Part shown: piece by piece, positions 50,054 to 64,000 of the stretch
Position numbering within the stretch: the stretch's first letter is position 1
Layout of the letters: each line of letters begins with the position of its first letter
NCBI GenBank assembly: GCA_013239625.1
Contig: MU053933.1
Coordinates: 312,001-376,000, forward strand
DNA: 64,000 nucleotides
Reading direction: 5' to 3'
Origin: Lama guanicoe
Lineage: Eukaryota
Position numbers and translations under genes: made by a program
Notes under the pieces: model-generated
The model's input: the letters and a program-made list of their open reading frames with translations, nothing else
Database searches by the model: none
What the model was told of the DNA's origin: nothing

Positions 50054-50971
50054 AGAGGCATCAGTGAGTCACAGGGAGAGCAGAGTAACCCACCCGCGGC
50101 CAGTGATGCTTCTCTTTGCTAAACACACGGAAGCAAGTGCAGAGGAGTCGTTCGCTCATCCGTGCAACTCATACCGCCGAGCACGTGCTGTGTTGGAGAG
50201 GCGGCCTGCAAACACGTTTAAATGTTTACCCAACAACAGAAATACTCCTGCCATCCGACTTCACCGTGCCCCTGCGGCACCGCCTTCTCTCACGGGCATG
50301 TCAGACTCATCTTTACCCAGCCTCGTTTCTCCAACCCTGACCCCGGCCCACGGACGGGTTAAAACCCAAATCCTGTCCTTTTCGATCTGATGCAGCTTCT
50401 TGCTTGCTTCCTCCCCGCCGGGCCCTGTCTGCAAGGCTCTCCAGCGGGTCCTCCCGCAGCTGAGTCGCTTTCGCCTCCTTGCCATCCTGCTCCCACTTCT
50501 GACCCCCTGGTGTGGCTACCTGTCCCCTCACTGCCCCCACCATGCACCTTCCAGACTGGGTAACCTTGACACATTACGTGTCTTTGCTCAAGCTCACCTC
50601 CCCCTGCAAAACGGGCACATGGATGCCGGGCCCACCCGGCAGCTGGGAGGCCTGACGACCCCAGCAGGTGCAGAGCTCCTGGACATGCAAGGCGCAGGTG
50701 AGAGGGTCAGGTGTTGTCTGTGGCTCATCAGGGCCCTGAGGATTAAGTCTTGGCGTTGAGAGCCCCCCATGCCCTCAAGGCACATGCTCAGCCCCGCTCT
50801 GCTGCCCAGTCCCCTGACTGGTCCTCCCTTGGTTACAGCCCTTGGCTTGTCCTCCCCGCCTCAGTGTCTCTCCCGTAGTCGGCTGACTGCTGCCCAGGAC
50901 CCGAGCCTGCACGCCCTCCGCTGTTGCACCTCCACCGCGGTGCTGACCTGCGGCCGGGCTCTTCACGGGTG

Positions 50972-50975
<4 letters not shown>

Positions 50976-51007
<32 letters not shown>
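50976..51007. repeat. (TG)n microsatellite
   Basis: About 16 TG units. Confidence 0.95.
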
Positions 51008-51009
<2 letters not shown>

Positions 51010-51554
51010 TGTGACCCCGCTAGACTCCAAGTCCTTTCAGACTGAGACCACGTTTTGCAGTCTTCCGAGTTCTCTCTGCAGGAGTCTGCAGGTTTCCAGG
51101 TAACATCTCTTGATCTGGATTAGAGGTTTGCAGCTCACGTTGGGTTTAGAGCTGCCGTTTGTACCTGGACCCAGGTGCGCCCAGGGCCTGCTCCAGCCAA
51201 GCCCTCCAGGGCTGGGCCGGGTCTGCTCTTGGGCACCGGAGGCCTTGCCCCCCTCGGGGTCGGTCCTTTCCCCTGCGGCCAGGGCTGCCTTCCTGTGGTG
51301 CAGACAGGAGGGTAGAGCTGGAAGAAATGCCAAGCTGTCCCTTTCCCGTGATCCCACTGGGCCCTCCCCAGCCTTGTCCAGCCTCCTTCAGGGCCTCCTC
51401 CAACCCTAGACCCATCCGATGATTACTGTCACCCAGGCCGTTCTCTGCCTGCAGCCCCATCCTTCCCCTCTCCACCTGCAAACATCCCTCCCACTTCCAG
51501 GATCAGAGCAAAGTCACCCCATAAGAGGGAATTGTCCCATGGGGGTTAAGATCT

Positions 51555-51710
51555 CAGGCCCCAGGTGAGACTGCCTGGGTTCCAATTTGGGCTCCAGTGA
51601 TTTTATGCAAGCTATTTCATCCTCTGGGCCTCAGTTTCCTCATCTATAAAATGGGGTTATTATCATTAGCTCCAAGAGGACCAGACCAGCTAACACTCAC
51701 ATGTGAAAGT
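51555..51710 (+). mobile_element. MIR SINE
   Basis: gactgcctgggttccaa...ctctgggcctcagtttcctcatctataaaatgggg. Confidence 0.75.
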
Positions 51711-54700
51711 ATGGTGCTGGCAGCCTCCCAGCTCCCAGGGCCCTCGCTGGGGTCGGCTCTGTCCAGCCCTCTCAGCACCTCTCTTGTGATATGCAGAAAG
51801 CTGTCATCCCATGTTCTGTGTCTCCTCCCCTCCCTCTACCAGGAATTCCTGTCCTCTGCAGTGCCTTAGCTCAGCACAGAATAGGAAACAGGTCAGAGGG
51901 CTCAGGCACAATGGATGTGTGTTGGCTGAGTGATGAATGAATGAATGCAACAAAACTCAACAAGCAAGCTTTCAGGTGAAATTTTGGTTGTTGGCCCAGA
52001 ATGTAAAGTCACCCCTTTGATGCAGGACACGGACTTCTCCGCTGGGCACCAAGGGGCTAGGCAGAGGAGGTAGGGCCTCGGGCGGACCCCCAAGGGGCAG
52101 TGCCAGAACCAGAGCCAAGATCCTGCACATCTGAATATACACGGTGCCCACGGGCACCCAGGACTTGCTCTCCCGACGGGGACATGAATTACAGGCCACG
52201 CGCTGTCTCTCGTTACTTCCGGTCACCCAGGCGCCTCCGCCCCCGTCCCCGCCTCCTCAGGGTTCCAGGGGCTTTCCGAGCAGGGGCTCAGACGCAAGGC
52301 AGCCCAAGTGACCTGTCTGCAGCCCACGTCCCTCGGCTGCCCTGAGCTGCGCTGTCGGAACGCTCTCCCTGCTTCAAACAGTTCTCACTTAAAATGAGTG
52401 TGCTCTTGGCAGCACAACCGAGGGTCACTGCCCTATCTCCAGGCAGGGTCACCTCCTCATCGGAGGAAGTCTGAGGCTATTCATCTTGACACAGTGCAGA
52501 TAATAAACACACTAGAAACCGAAGTTCTACACGCTGCGTTTATTTACGTCTATAAATCCTGAAAACCGTTTGAAGGCGCTAGCCTGCTGTTTCCCCTCTG
52601 TGTCTAGGTATTCCTTTGTCGCTGATTCATACACACACAGTGGGAACTGCCCTCCTCCCTCCTGTTTCTTCTCTGAGTTCCCCGGGTGGCCCTAGGGTCC
52701 ACCGCACTGGGCACTGCTTCGTGCCACTTCTCACTGCGCAGAGAGGGCAGTGGCAGCGGCCTTGGAGGCTGAGCCCCCTCAGTGGAATCGAACGACTACT
52801 CTTGACTTCCTGTTCAGTTGCGCAGGCTGCTCACTGCACAAGGGCACTGGGCTGAGTGGTGACTGGGGCTGCCGAGCATCCAGGCGCCTCTGCCTGCAGG
52901 AGGGGACGCCTTTCTCTAACACACACAGAGGTGTCATGCGGGGCTGGCGGCAGCCCCGCCTCCTTCGTCCTCCCCGGGGTGCACCCTGGCCCGGGGCTCA
53001 GGGACTCGCAAAGGTAGCCGCGCTGGCCGGAGTATGAGACCCTCAGGTACCATCAAGAAACTGCGGCTGGCTGTGCAGCCTCTGGGCAACCGCAGGGGAG
53101 GGAGTTCTTACTGGAAGGAGAGAAGGGAGGGGAGAGAGCCGGCAGGTCCTACAGGTGGGGGTGGGCCAGCTTGCTGGCTTTTCCCTGGGGCTGCAGTCCT
53201 CAGCTTTTAGGCACTCACGTGCTTCAGGGGCCTGGGCACCTTCCTGGAGGCCTGGAGACCTGGCCCCCCAACTCTCACGGGGGGCCTCAGCCGAAGGACC
53301 TGTGCAAGGCTCCCCCGCGAGCGCCAGGAGCACGGCTTGCTGGCACAGGAGGGCCCGCCCCTCTCCCCCGGGCTGGGCCGCCAGCGGCCCGCCGCGCCCT
53401 CTGCGCCCTCTCCCTGCCCCAGGCGGGGTTGCACCCTCGGGTCTGATGCACTCCTTCCCACCCGCCTCTCCTGGCAGCCTTAGGTTTCTAAGCGGCTCCC
53501 CCAGGAGAACTCCTCCTGGCTCGCTGGCTTGCCTGGGTCCCCTAGGGTTCAATCCTTGGTCTAGCTCACTCCAGAGTGTCCCCACCTGCCTGTCCCCTCT
53601 GAAATCCTTCCCAAGCTTGCAATTTGTAGGGGTGTCTGTCCCCTCAGGAGAGCCCTGGTGAGCAGAGACAGCCGCCTCTGAGCTGTCAGTCGCCCATCGG
53701 GGAGCCTAGGCTCCCGTCACAGAGCTACGAATTAACTGCAGACCAGACTAGAGATGCGCCCCGTGGCCCCCTCTGGGCACATGGACGGGCTTTGGTCCCC
53801 GGGGTGAGAGCACAAGTCAGGGCCTTGAACTGTGACAGCAGCAGACTGGTTGCAAATGCCAGAGAAGTTGGTCCTCTAGGCCCTGGTCAGTGAGCGTCAC
53901 CAGGGACGCAGGGAGACCCGTGGGCGCGGGGCCACCTCGATAGTCAGCACTGGGCTCACAGAGGGTCAGGTGCTCGCAGCTGTCCTGAGTGGCTGTTCTT
54001 CCGGGGTTCTGAAGTTGGTTTTGTTTTAAATCAAATTGTGAGAAAAAAGTACCTTGCTTCAGATCCCAGAGGAATAATGTCCCGGAGCTAAGATCAATGA
54101 TGTATCTTCTGCTCTTAATAAGGTCCGACATGAAGATGATTTGTTTGAAGAACATTTCTGGTCTTTTAAAAACACAGAAGACCTTGTAGTTTCACTGAGG
54201 ACCCTTTCGTTCAGTCATAAATCCTCCTTCTGCCAGCAGCCCGGCCCACCCCGCAGGGCGACCTAAGACTGTACCAGGCAGATGCTGCGGCAGCTCCCCG
54301 GAGGCTGCTTGGACGCGGAGGGAAATTCAACCACTTTCCCGTTTCACGGACCTGCTCCCTGCTGGTTCCAGGTCAGTCCTGGGTTTTGTCATTGTTCTGG
54401 TTTCTGTTCAGTTGACTTTGCTGAGGTCCCTTATAAGAAGGGAACTACATCAAGAGGGGCGGAGAGAGAAGGGAACCGTGAAGAGTGCATTTGGATTATT
54501 GTGGAAAAGAGTTAGGGTGGGAGAGAGCGCTTGCTGGTGCAGGCAGTGCTGGGGGCCCTTCCAGCCTGCACGGGGCCCCAGGGCGCTGGGCGTTCCTGGC
54601 CCGGGAGAGGAAGGACCGCGCGGACTGCTGGGGGCGGGGCGGCGGGAGAGGACGATGCTGGGACCACGGGCTCCAAAATGAAACACGCGTGGAAGTAACT

Positions 54701-56329
54701 TTTGATTTCAATGCATTTTTCATTTCATGTCTTCATAGTTCAGGTAAAAAGCAGCGTCTGCACTCCTCTCTACTTTTCTGTCAGCCTCCGAGCACCAGCA
54801 GACCTACCGCCTTCCCATCAGCTTCTCGTTCTGTTCCAGCTGCCCCCAGACCGTTGCCTCCACACATGGCCATATTGCTGTTTCCTGACGCCCTGGTGTT
54901 TCTGACGCCCTGACACCTCGAGGGGGCAAGAGGATTCCAGGACCTCAGCTAACGGGCTCCACGCGTGAAGCGGCTCCATAGACTCCTGGCTTTTCCCTGC
55001 TCCTGCTAAGTCTTCTCTTTGTTCTTTTGAAGGTTGGCCTTGCCCGTGATCTACGCGATATCCTTCCAGCGTTTAGTTTATCTGCAGATTGGATCGATGT
55101 CGGTATGACTTCAAAGACTTCAAAGTCTTCAAAGGAGAGATGGATGTCTACACTGGCTTAGGAGGGTCGGTCAAGAATGGCCCCGGGCCACAGCCTCTCT
55201 TCCTGAGGCTGGTCCTCCAAATGGCTGTGGGGTGTGGGCTGTATGCTCCAGACACAGTCCCCCATCTGCCCTGCAAGCCCTTCAGGAGAGGCATTGATTA
55301 GTTCCTGGTCATCAACCTGACAACCAGACCAATCAAGAAAATGAGGTTATTTGTTTTAATCCTTCCTTCCGTCCGTCCACCCATCCACTCAGCATCCTCG
55401 CAGCCGGCACTGTGCCCGGTGTAGCAGTCCCCACCCGGGCCACGCCTGCGGGGAGCTGCGACCCACTCCTGGCTGCAGGTGCATTGGGCCCTGCCTCCTA
55501 TCCTCCTGACCAACCTCCCACCTCAGCCCTGCCTGGCACCCAGCTGTGTCTGTGGAGCCTGGTGGCTCTTTGCCTCAGTGACATCAGGGATCTCTGCCCT
55601 GGTTTCTCTGCTGCCTCCGCATGGATGACACACCTGTTCTGGAACACACGTGAATCTTGGAATGACAGGACATCAACACGCTCCGGGCAAGCTCTGCCGG
55701 CAGCGACAGGAGTTGCAGGACTTCCCCCTGCAGGAGGGGGCCCCGGCGCCCACATCGTAACTAGCTTCATGCGATACCTTCTGGGGGTGGGGGCCTTCTT
55801 CCCAGCTGCTGCCTGTTCCCTAGAATCACTTCCAAAAGTGACCCACCAGGGGGCAGGCTCTGGCTCCTTGACAGGGCGAAGGCCTCCACAGGAGTTCCCT
55901 GTTCAGAGGGATGGACAAAGGGACCCCAACCCTTAGTTACGGAACAGCGTGGCAAGTGCGTGGCGGCACTGATGAGGGAGAGACGGACCCTGTAGGGGCA
56001 GCCGTGGGTCTGGGAAGGTCTGAACCGGGTCTTGAGTGTCGGTAGCAATAAACAAGACTGAAGAGGAAGTGGGGGCGGGAAGGCCAGGCGGAGAGAGGGG
56101 AGAGGCAGAGCCGGAGTTCAAAGGCTAGGAAGTGAGAGCAGCCTGTGTGGGGGGTTCTGGCTCCAAGCCGCTGTTGTTAAATGTGTTTGGCTCGACCTGA
56201 GTGAGATGGGTTTGCAGATGAAGGCAGGCCCTGGCCACAGTTGGGTTTTATCCCCAAGGGGATGGGGGACTAACTCTCCAAGGACTAAGCAAGGAAGCAG
56301 CAGTGACAAGTTTGTACATTGTGTCACCC

Positions 56330-56515
56330 GGGGCCTTGCGATGCAAAGTGCGGCTGGGACCAGCGGCAGCTGCATCACCCGCGAGCTTGTGGGAAATGCA
56401 GACGCTCAGGCCTCCTCTCAGGCCTCCCTTCAAACCCACCCGGCCCCTTGGAATCCAAGCCTGCATTTTAAGTAGAGCCCTGGAGACTTCAGTGCACATT
56501 ACAGCTGAGAAGTCC
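56330..56515. mobile_element. MER5A-like DNA transposon remnant
   Basis: ggaccagcggcagctgcatcacccgcgagcttgtgggaaatgcagacgctcaggcc...ctgcattttaa. Confidence 0.65.
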
Positions 56516-58989
56516 CATCCTAGGACACTTTGAAGTGGATGGTTTTGGCGGGAGTTGGGGGGTGTGAGGCCCTGAGCCCTGTCAGGGCTCTGTGGGGAGA
56601 GACAGGAGAGATGGGAGGGTCAAGGGCACCTGCTGAGGAATCTGGGAGGGCAGGGTGGAGGAAAGGGCGGGGTGGAGGAAGGGCCAGGGCTAGGGGACTG
56701 CTGGTCTCATCCGTGGGTGGGGGTGTAAGCCCTCACAGAGACGCTGGGCTGGGAGCAGTTTGGAGGGGAGAGGGGGGTGGATCACGGGTTCTCTGATGGG
56801 CTCGCTACATCTTAGGCATCTGCAGCCACGGGTCTGGACCTTGGAAACCAGAGATGTGTACTGGGAGCAGATCATAGCAAACTGGTTGGATTTGAGCGTC
56901 TGCTGTTTTCTAAATCTTTGTAAATCGTCTGCTTAACGATCCGTCTGGAACGCTGTCAGGGAGCGATGCCAACACGGCCAGGTTGAGGTTTCTGGGAGCC
57001 ACCCTGTGAAAACTCAGGACACCCATGCTCCCCCTTTCAGGTGCACCTTACATTAGGCTCTCCAAGTGGGGCCCCCCGAAGCAGCACCCCGTTTCCCCCC
57101 GGCAGTTCTGAATAAGTTGGGGGTGAAGTAACCAGTGAACAAGGAGGCAGACTGGCATCATTAGTGCTGGGAGCCACGTGGCCCCTCGGCCGGGGTCTTT
57201 CAGCTGAGCCCCAGGCCAGGTGGGCCAGGTGCCCGGCAGGCAGGGCTCCGGGGCAGGCCTCTCTCCTGCCAGCAGCTTGGTCCTCTTCTCACCCCGGGCA
57301 GCAACATCGCAAGGGCTGCAGGAGGCCAGGGGTCATGGGAAGGAGGCCCAGGTTGGGAGAGCTTCCCCCACACACCTGCCTCTGCTCGCCTGGCTCCAAG
57401 GACGGGGATCCTGCTGTCACACCTGCTAGCTCCGGTGCCTGTCAACAGCCTGTTGACCCATCTAGGCTTGAAGGCCTGACCCAAACAGAGGCCGGTGGCC
57501 TGGCTGCCAAGCCCCACCGTCCTGTTGGATGTCTTTAGTTTGGGGGCTGCTGTCACTGGTGGAGAATCAAGTGAATCTGAACAGAATGGGGTGGCCGCTC
57601 TCCCAGGTTGCCGGCCTCGCTCAGAGATGGGCCAGGAGGCCCCGGTTCTGACTCCGGTTGGTGGGCTGGGTGCTGTCACCATGGGAGCTCTGTGGGACCT
57701 CCCTTGAGACGGGGTGCCTCCAGGGGCCCTGTTTTCCTTCCCGATTTGTGTAGCGCCGACAGCCCACCCCGAGCTGTCACCCAACTTGGAATGTGCCTCC
57801 TGCCCTTGGCTGGTTCTTTTACTTTACTAAAAAAAAATCATTAAACATTACCTACCACTCAATAATCCATCTTTGGTCTTTGATTTCGTGAATGGAAACT
57901 GGTTCTTGATAAGCTCCGTGAACTCATCTTGGAGACCCAAGTTTAAAGTCTGTGAAGACCTACCTTCCATCACTGAGACCACTAGAACCAAATCTCTGCT
58001 TCCTTACACACCAAATTTCTGTTTCGAGCCGTAAAATCAAGGCTTCGTCCTGATGTCTTTATCACATGAGACAGAAAAATAGGTCTGGTGCACCTGCCAT
58101 TTTAACTTCATGTCAGCCGGCCACCAGAAACACTGAGGGTCAAAAGGCTCGGCTCTTCCTTCGGCCAGCAAGTCACAAGTCGCCTCCCGCCCCCAGCCTC
58201 CTCCTACAGAGGACACCCTCGCTACCCAGTCATCCCAAGTCCTGGGCACAGTATAGGGTCTAACAGTGGGTTGTGACTTGTCACCAGATTATGAAATTCA
58301 TGTCACAAGTTGTCATGGAGGCTTTTTAATATAAACAAAGAAAACAGAGGCAGGCTTACTGCGACGCTGATGAAGCTAGGCCCCAGAGCCCTCACTGTGC
58401 AGGCCACTCATAAACTACCCTCCTGTGCCGCGTTGCAGGGAAGTGTGACCAAGCACACGCTGAACGCGAGGGCTGTCTGTTTCCATGCCCATGCTGACAT
58501 CCCCTCCACCATAGCTCCTTCCACAGTGGTTGATGTTGAGATGAACATACACTTTTGGAGACTGACCTGAAGGACAGTGAGCTGAGGAGAGGGCAGTTTA
58601 GTTTGGATTTATGGAGATGCATATGTGATTTTTTTGGTCAAGTTGGAGAAAACCCCTATTGAGTTCTTTCACTTATGAGCTGCTTGGCATTTGGAAGAAT
58701 TTTCCGCAGGCAGGTTTTTGGTGTAGCATCCGCAGACGTGCAGTGCTCAGAGCTTTAGGACGTGCCAGCTGCCCTACTGATAATAAAGCAACTAGTCTCA
58801 GTGTCCCTTCTGACCGAGATGGGGTAATGGAGACTGCCTTTGCCATCTGGCTTGAAACAAGTGGATTCCTAAAAAAGCGTATGAAAAAGTGATTGAGGCG
58901 CTGGAGCCAGGAGGCCAGGGGAGACGTGGGGCTAGGGTTCTGAGGGGAGAGCGGCAGAGGGGAGAAAGCTGCTCAGACGGAGGCCTCAT

Positions 58990-61110
58990 GATTCCTCAGG
59001 CAAGTACTGATCAGCACACGCATATGAGGAAACTTCCGAGGCCAGGAAGAGAGCCACCTGAATGAACAAGAGGCAACAACCCTGGAGCTCACAGCACTTT
59101 AAATAATTCAGGGGACACTGGGTAGAAGGAGTGTGTTTGCCTCAGTAGTGGAGCAAAATCAGCCCTAGATTAAATTCTGCTCTGATCCCACTTAACGCAG
59201 TTTAAAAACAAAACCTAAAAAGATAGAGCAGTTTCCAAGTTAATTATGTCCCCCAAACAAAGCTCTAGAATATTTATAGGAATAGAAAAAGACTCGGCAC
59301 CCGAAAAGGTGAAATTCACAATGTCTACCATCTGACAAAAATTACCAGATACGCCAAGGGCAGAAAACCGGTACCCAGAATGGGGAGAAAAAGAAGTAAA
59401 TCAAAACTAAGCCAGAAATGGAACAGATGATAGAATTAGTATAGAAGGACATAAAAAAAGTTGCTTTAACTGTATTCCATATGTTCAAGAAGCAAGAGGA
59501 AAGATCAAACATGTTAAGTAGAGACATACAAGATATAAATAAGATCCAAATCAAATTTCTAGAGATGAAAACTACACCAGATGGTTAATAGCAGATTAGA
59601 TGTTGCAGGGAAAAAAAAAGCTGGTAAACTATAAGCATAACATTAGAAACCATCCAAAATGAAACAGAGAGAACAAAAGGGAAAATTTTAATAAAGCAAC
59701 GGTGATCTCTGGGACAATTTCAAATGGCCTAGTAAGTGTGTAATTGGAGTCCTGAAGGAGAGAGAAGAAAGAAAAAAATATTTAAAGAAATAAGGGCTGA
59801 AAAATTTCCAAATCTGATTAAAAACTATAAACTTAAACATCCAAGAAATTAAATGAGCCTCCATGTGCATGGACACACACACACACACACACAGGAACAC
59901 ACACACACCATAAAAGTACACCATGGTGCATCACAATCAGATTCATAAATCTGCTAATAAAGAGAAAAACTTAAAAGCAAAAATGATATATTATGTTTAG
60001 GGGAACTAAGATAAGGATGGCAGGTTTCTTATAGGAAATAATTCAAGGTAGAAACAGTGAAGCAACATCTTTAAAGTACTGAAGGAAATAGCTATCTATT
60101 CTAGAGTTCTATACTCAGCAAAACTATCTTTCAAAATTGGCAAAATAAAGACTTCTCTAGACATGCACAAGCCGAAGTGATTCAGCACCAGTAGACCTTC
60201 ACAAGATATGCCAGCATTAATGTCCTTCAGGCAGAAGGACAACGATTCCGTCTAGAAACTCGGATCTGCAGGTGAAGTGAAGAGTGCCAGGAGTGGAAAC
60301 GTACATGGGTAAATAAAAGGACTTAGTTTCTTATTAACTAAATTCCTTTAAAAATTTAATTGACTATTATAGCAAAAATAATGACAATGTATTGTGGGGC
60401 TTACACCATACATAGATGTGAAGCATATGACAACCATGGCACAAAGATGGAGAACTGTAAACTGTCAATTCTCGTATCACCCGTGTGGTGGCATGGTGTT
60501 ACTGAGGGCAGACCATGATAAAGTATACTGCAGACCAAAAGCAGCCACTAAAATAATGAAACAAAGCTGTAGCTGATAAGCCAACCAAGATGATAAATGA
60601 AATCATAAAAATTACTAGTGAAATCATTAAAAATTCAGTTAATACAAAAAAAGAAAGAAAAAGAGAAAACAGGGGACACAGAATAGGTGAAATAAGTAGC
60701 AAGTAGACAATAAGATGGTAGATTTAAATACAACTATATCAGTAATTATGTTAAACGTAAATGATCGAAAGACATTAGAGTAAAAGACAGAGAATGTCAG
60801 ATTGGATTTAAAAAATCAGTGCCGAATACACACTGCCGACAAGAGACACACTTTAAATACAATGACACAAACAGGTTACAAGCAGAAGAATGGAACATAT
60901 ATACCATGCTAAAATTAGTCAAAAGAAAGCTGGAGTAGTTATAGTAATACAAATGAAGTAGGCTTCACAGTAGATAAAGAAGCCATTTAAAAAATGATAA
61001 AGGAGTCAATTGATCAACCTGTACATTTATGCACCTAGTATCAGTGTTAAACTACGTGATACAAAATGGATAGAACTGAAAGGAAAAAGAGACGAGGAGA
61101 CAATTATAGT
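58990..61110 (+). mobile_element. Degraded old L1 (5' region, ORF1 remnant, start of ORF2 endonuclease)
   Basis: A-rich sense L1 text. Near 60715, atggtagatttaaatacaactatatcagtaattatgttaaacgtaaatg corresponds to the ORF2 EN start (ISIITLNVNG-like). Many stop codons. Confidence 0.8.
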
Positions 61111-61299
61111 CCTCCCTCTCTCCCTCCCTCCTTTCCTTGCTCCTTCCCTCCTTCGTTCCTCCAGCCATCTCTCCTTTGTTAAAAGCCACTAGATAGCTCC
61201 CCACACTGTGGGCAATTAGCTGAGTGTGGAAGGCAGGCCCAAGCGGGCAGGAGGCTGGCTGAGTGCAGGGAGACAGAGGGAGTGGCAGCCTCACTGTCA

Positions 61300-62400
61300 G
61301 AGAGGGCAGCCGTGGAATAGGCCGTGTGAAGTTGGATTGGAACTGAAGCTGTGAGTGTGAACTCACAGATTCCTGAACATGTCCATAGGTCCAGAAGATT
61401 CAGAAATAAATCCAGATGCATGTGTAAGTGCGTGTGTATTTTTTCCCTCGAAGTCCATCCGATGAAGGGCCTGGGAGCACCCACACTATAGTTAGTATCA
61501 GCAAGCACACTTAGTGCCCAGTTTCTGGTCTCCACAAACACCACTGTCCACTAAAAGGGATCAGATTCCTTAGAGAAATGGCTTGTTTGGGGGGTCTGGC
61601 CTGGAAGGAGTGAGATGGGTCTGGAACATCTTGATGAGTCAGAAAGCAAGAATAAAGGGGACATGCCAGAGTCAGAGAAGCCAGTGTGAAGTTCCCATTA
61701 GCTAAACCTAGAATAATCTGAGCATCAGAATAAAAGAAAATGACAGCGACTGATCATAAACCATTGAATAGAACAGGAATCCACGACCCTCAACACATAA
61801 GCAAGTAAATAACTTAACGAGAGTAACAGAACATTTTTTTTTCTTGCAGTCAAAAGCCCGCAAATAAATGAAGAAAGAATGGAGGTTTGAGAAAATCTCC
61901 ATTTGGCAACAACCATAGAAAATAATTCAGGCAAGACACAGAAACATCAACAGATGCTAACATTAGTGGGTAAAAGTGTGATGAGGAATGGACTTTTACA
62001 GAGTCTCAAAATGTCTCCCTGCAAAACATTTATTAACTACAAAGGGGGGAAACATAGTGAAGAAGCCTGGCAGGAAAGAGCTCAGTCAAAGGATTAAAAT
62101 TAATACCGTCGGTAACAGGACACACGGGAGTCGTGTGCCACCCATAGGCTGAAGTGGAAAGAGCACAGCCTCTGTGCTACTCTGGTTCAAAAATAAGTAA
62201 CATAGTCTCGTCCTGAGAAAACACCAGACAAACTCCGGTTGAGGAAATCAAGGCGACTGGCCCCCCATCTTCAAAGTTATCAAGGCCGTAGGAGTCAGAC
62301 AGGCTGAGGAATATTTCAGATCGAGGGAGACCAGAGAATACGGGACTGTCTGCATGCGGCAGGAAGGGAAAGTGAAAAACACAAGATGGGAGGGAAACAA
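61300..62400 (+). mobile_element. L1MC/MD-like 3' region fragment
   Basis: Shares motifs with 31370-32300 (aagcacact...gcccag, acagagtctcaaaatgtctcc). Confidence 0.6.
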
Positions 62401-64000
62401 GCATGTTACTCCTTTACAAAATCGCAGACACACGTGAGCAGCGGCGCCTGCTGTCCCGACGACCCTAGTGACAGCTGCCCACGAGCTGCAGCTCTCCGAG
62501 GTCCGCCGAGCCGCCCGCCCAGGCAGCCGGCCTCGCCGGCGTGACTGACGGGCGCTGCGGCTGTGCTGGGACCCCCCCCGCCCCGCCCCACCTCACAAAG
62601 CCAGCCCAGCAGCACGAGGGTAGTGCATCTACAAAGCTGAAGGGGCTCGTCTACCTGATGCCTGCTGTTCGAACGTTTCCCTTCCTGCTTGGGCTTCCGG
62701 AGAACCGTTTAAAAATTAAAATACACTTGGGGGTCTCTTATTGAGTAGCTGAATCAAAATCTGGGGATTATGTGCAGAAATATTCAGGAATTTTTCTTCT
62801 AACATTTCCTAAAAAAAAAAAAAGGTCTGGTTGTTTCTGGTCTTTTTCAGGACTTTATTTTTTTGCTGTATTTATTTGTCAGACACTTAATAGGCCCCTT
62901 CCCTGGTCCGGTCCTGCAAAGACAGAGACACGTAACAGCCCCTGCCCTCGGGCCCCTCCCAGTCTCGTGGCACAAACTGTGTGTGGGTCAGGGGGTAGAC
63001 AGTAAGGGGACAGTAGGAAGGGCTGTGTTGGGGTTTCGGGGGACACTCAGGAGGGCAATGGCTGGAGTGAGGAGCGGGTAGCTAGAGGTGGGGAGGTATT
63101 TCCTGGAGGAAGTGATGCCAACCGCAGCAAATGGGACCTAAGACCTTCAGCTGGGTGACAAGCAGGCAGGCATGGCTGTGAGGACCCTGCTGCGGAGGAT
63201 GGGGGCTGACAGCCAGCTCTGACAGCCCAGTTCACGCCACAGCAGGGCTGCACCAGGCTTTATTTTTAAAGTGCTTCTATGACAACGAGGGGAAACATTT
63301 TCTCCAGAGATCCGCCTTGTATGAGGAATACCTGCCACTCAACTTTCATGTTCATAAAGCCAAGATTTGGCCCCCAGCTGGGAAAGTATTACATGTTGGG
63401 ACACATGGCTTTGCCACCACAGAGTTTACTGTCTTGAGTGTGTGCCTAAGACCGAGGAGGCTGCCAGCAGGGCTGCAACAAGCCCAAACCTCAGAAAGCC
63501 TGTCATTACTAAGAACAAAGGGCAAACCTCAGTTTTTAAAGCAAAACAGTATTTGGTGGCAAATTGAACAGCAGGGCTAAAGTAGATTAAAATAAAGATT
63601 CAACCATTTATTCCCAGTGCCTTGTTCAAGAAACTTCTAGCCAGAGGCTCCCAAGAAAGGCTAGTTTGGGATATCAGGCAAGGAAAACAAAACCACCGGA
63701 AGGGGTTAGGGCACACGCAGGTGGAGGAACTGGCACCGTCACCCAGTGTGTCCCCTCTCCCTCCCCTGCGTCCAGCCAGCCCTCGGTGGCAATCTGACAC
63801 GCCCTCAGCTCTGCTCTTCACCCTATAGGGGAAGCTAATGTCACGCAAGTCAACACAGCTCAGTGTTTTGGAAGCATCTCATTGGAATGAAAACAGATGC
63901 TGCAACGTGGAATCCCTTAAATTATGAACAAAGCTACTGCATCGATTGCTATGCTGAAATGTCAACCAGGGTGCTAAACTCTTCCTTTTACGCATTTACC

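Overview
Mammalian genomic DNA, most likely a camelid (alpaca, llama or camel), judged from four vic-1-like tRNA-derived SINEs and cetartiodactyl-type L1 3' ends. The only protein-coding gene I can support is C2CD2 (C21orf25/TMEM24L; N-terminal membrane anchor, SMP-like domain, C2 domain) on the minus strand. I reconstructed coding exons 1-10 by hand (38071 down to 815; 1315 nt = 438 codons + 1 nt). All introns are GT-AG and the phases are consistent; the remaining 3' exons lie left of the window. The promoter is a CpG island at about 37.7-38.8 kb containing a 10-N gap. The remaining ~25 kb upstream looks intergenic and, like the introns, is filled with L1, MIR, L2, MER and LTR remnants. Nearly all ORFs in the supplied track are chance ORFs in GC-rich DNA. 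I see no evidence of a novel multi-gene system. The most interesting points are local: a 198-bp, ~98% identical direct repeat bracketing exon 9; an out-of-frame upstream ATG overlapping the start codon; a candidate 45/32-nt cassette exon; long Z-DNA-prone tracts upstream of the promoter; and a fold-back duplication inside an LTR. Repeat family names and human comparisons are from memory, not from database searches.
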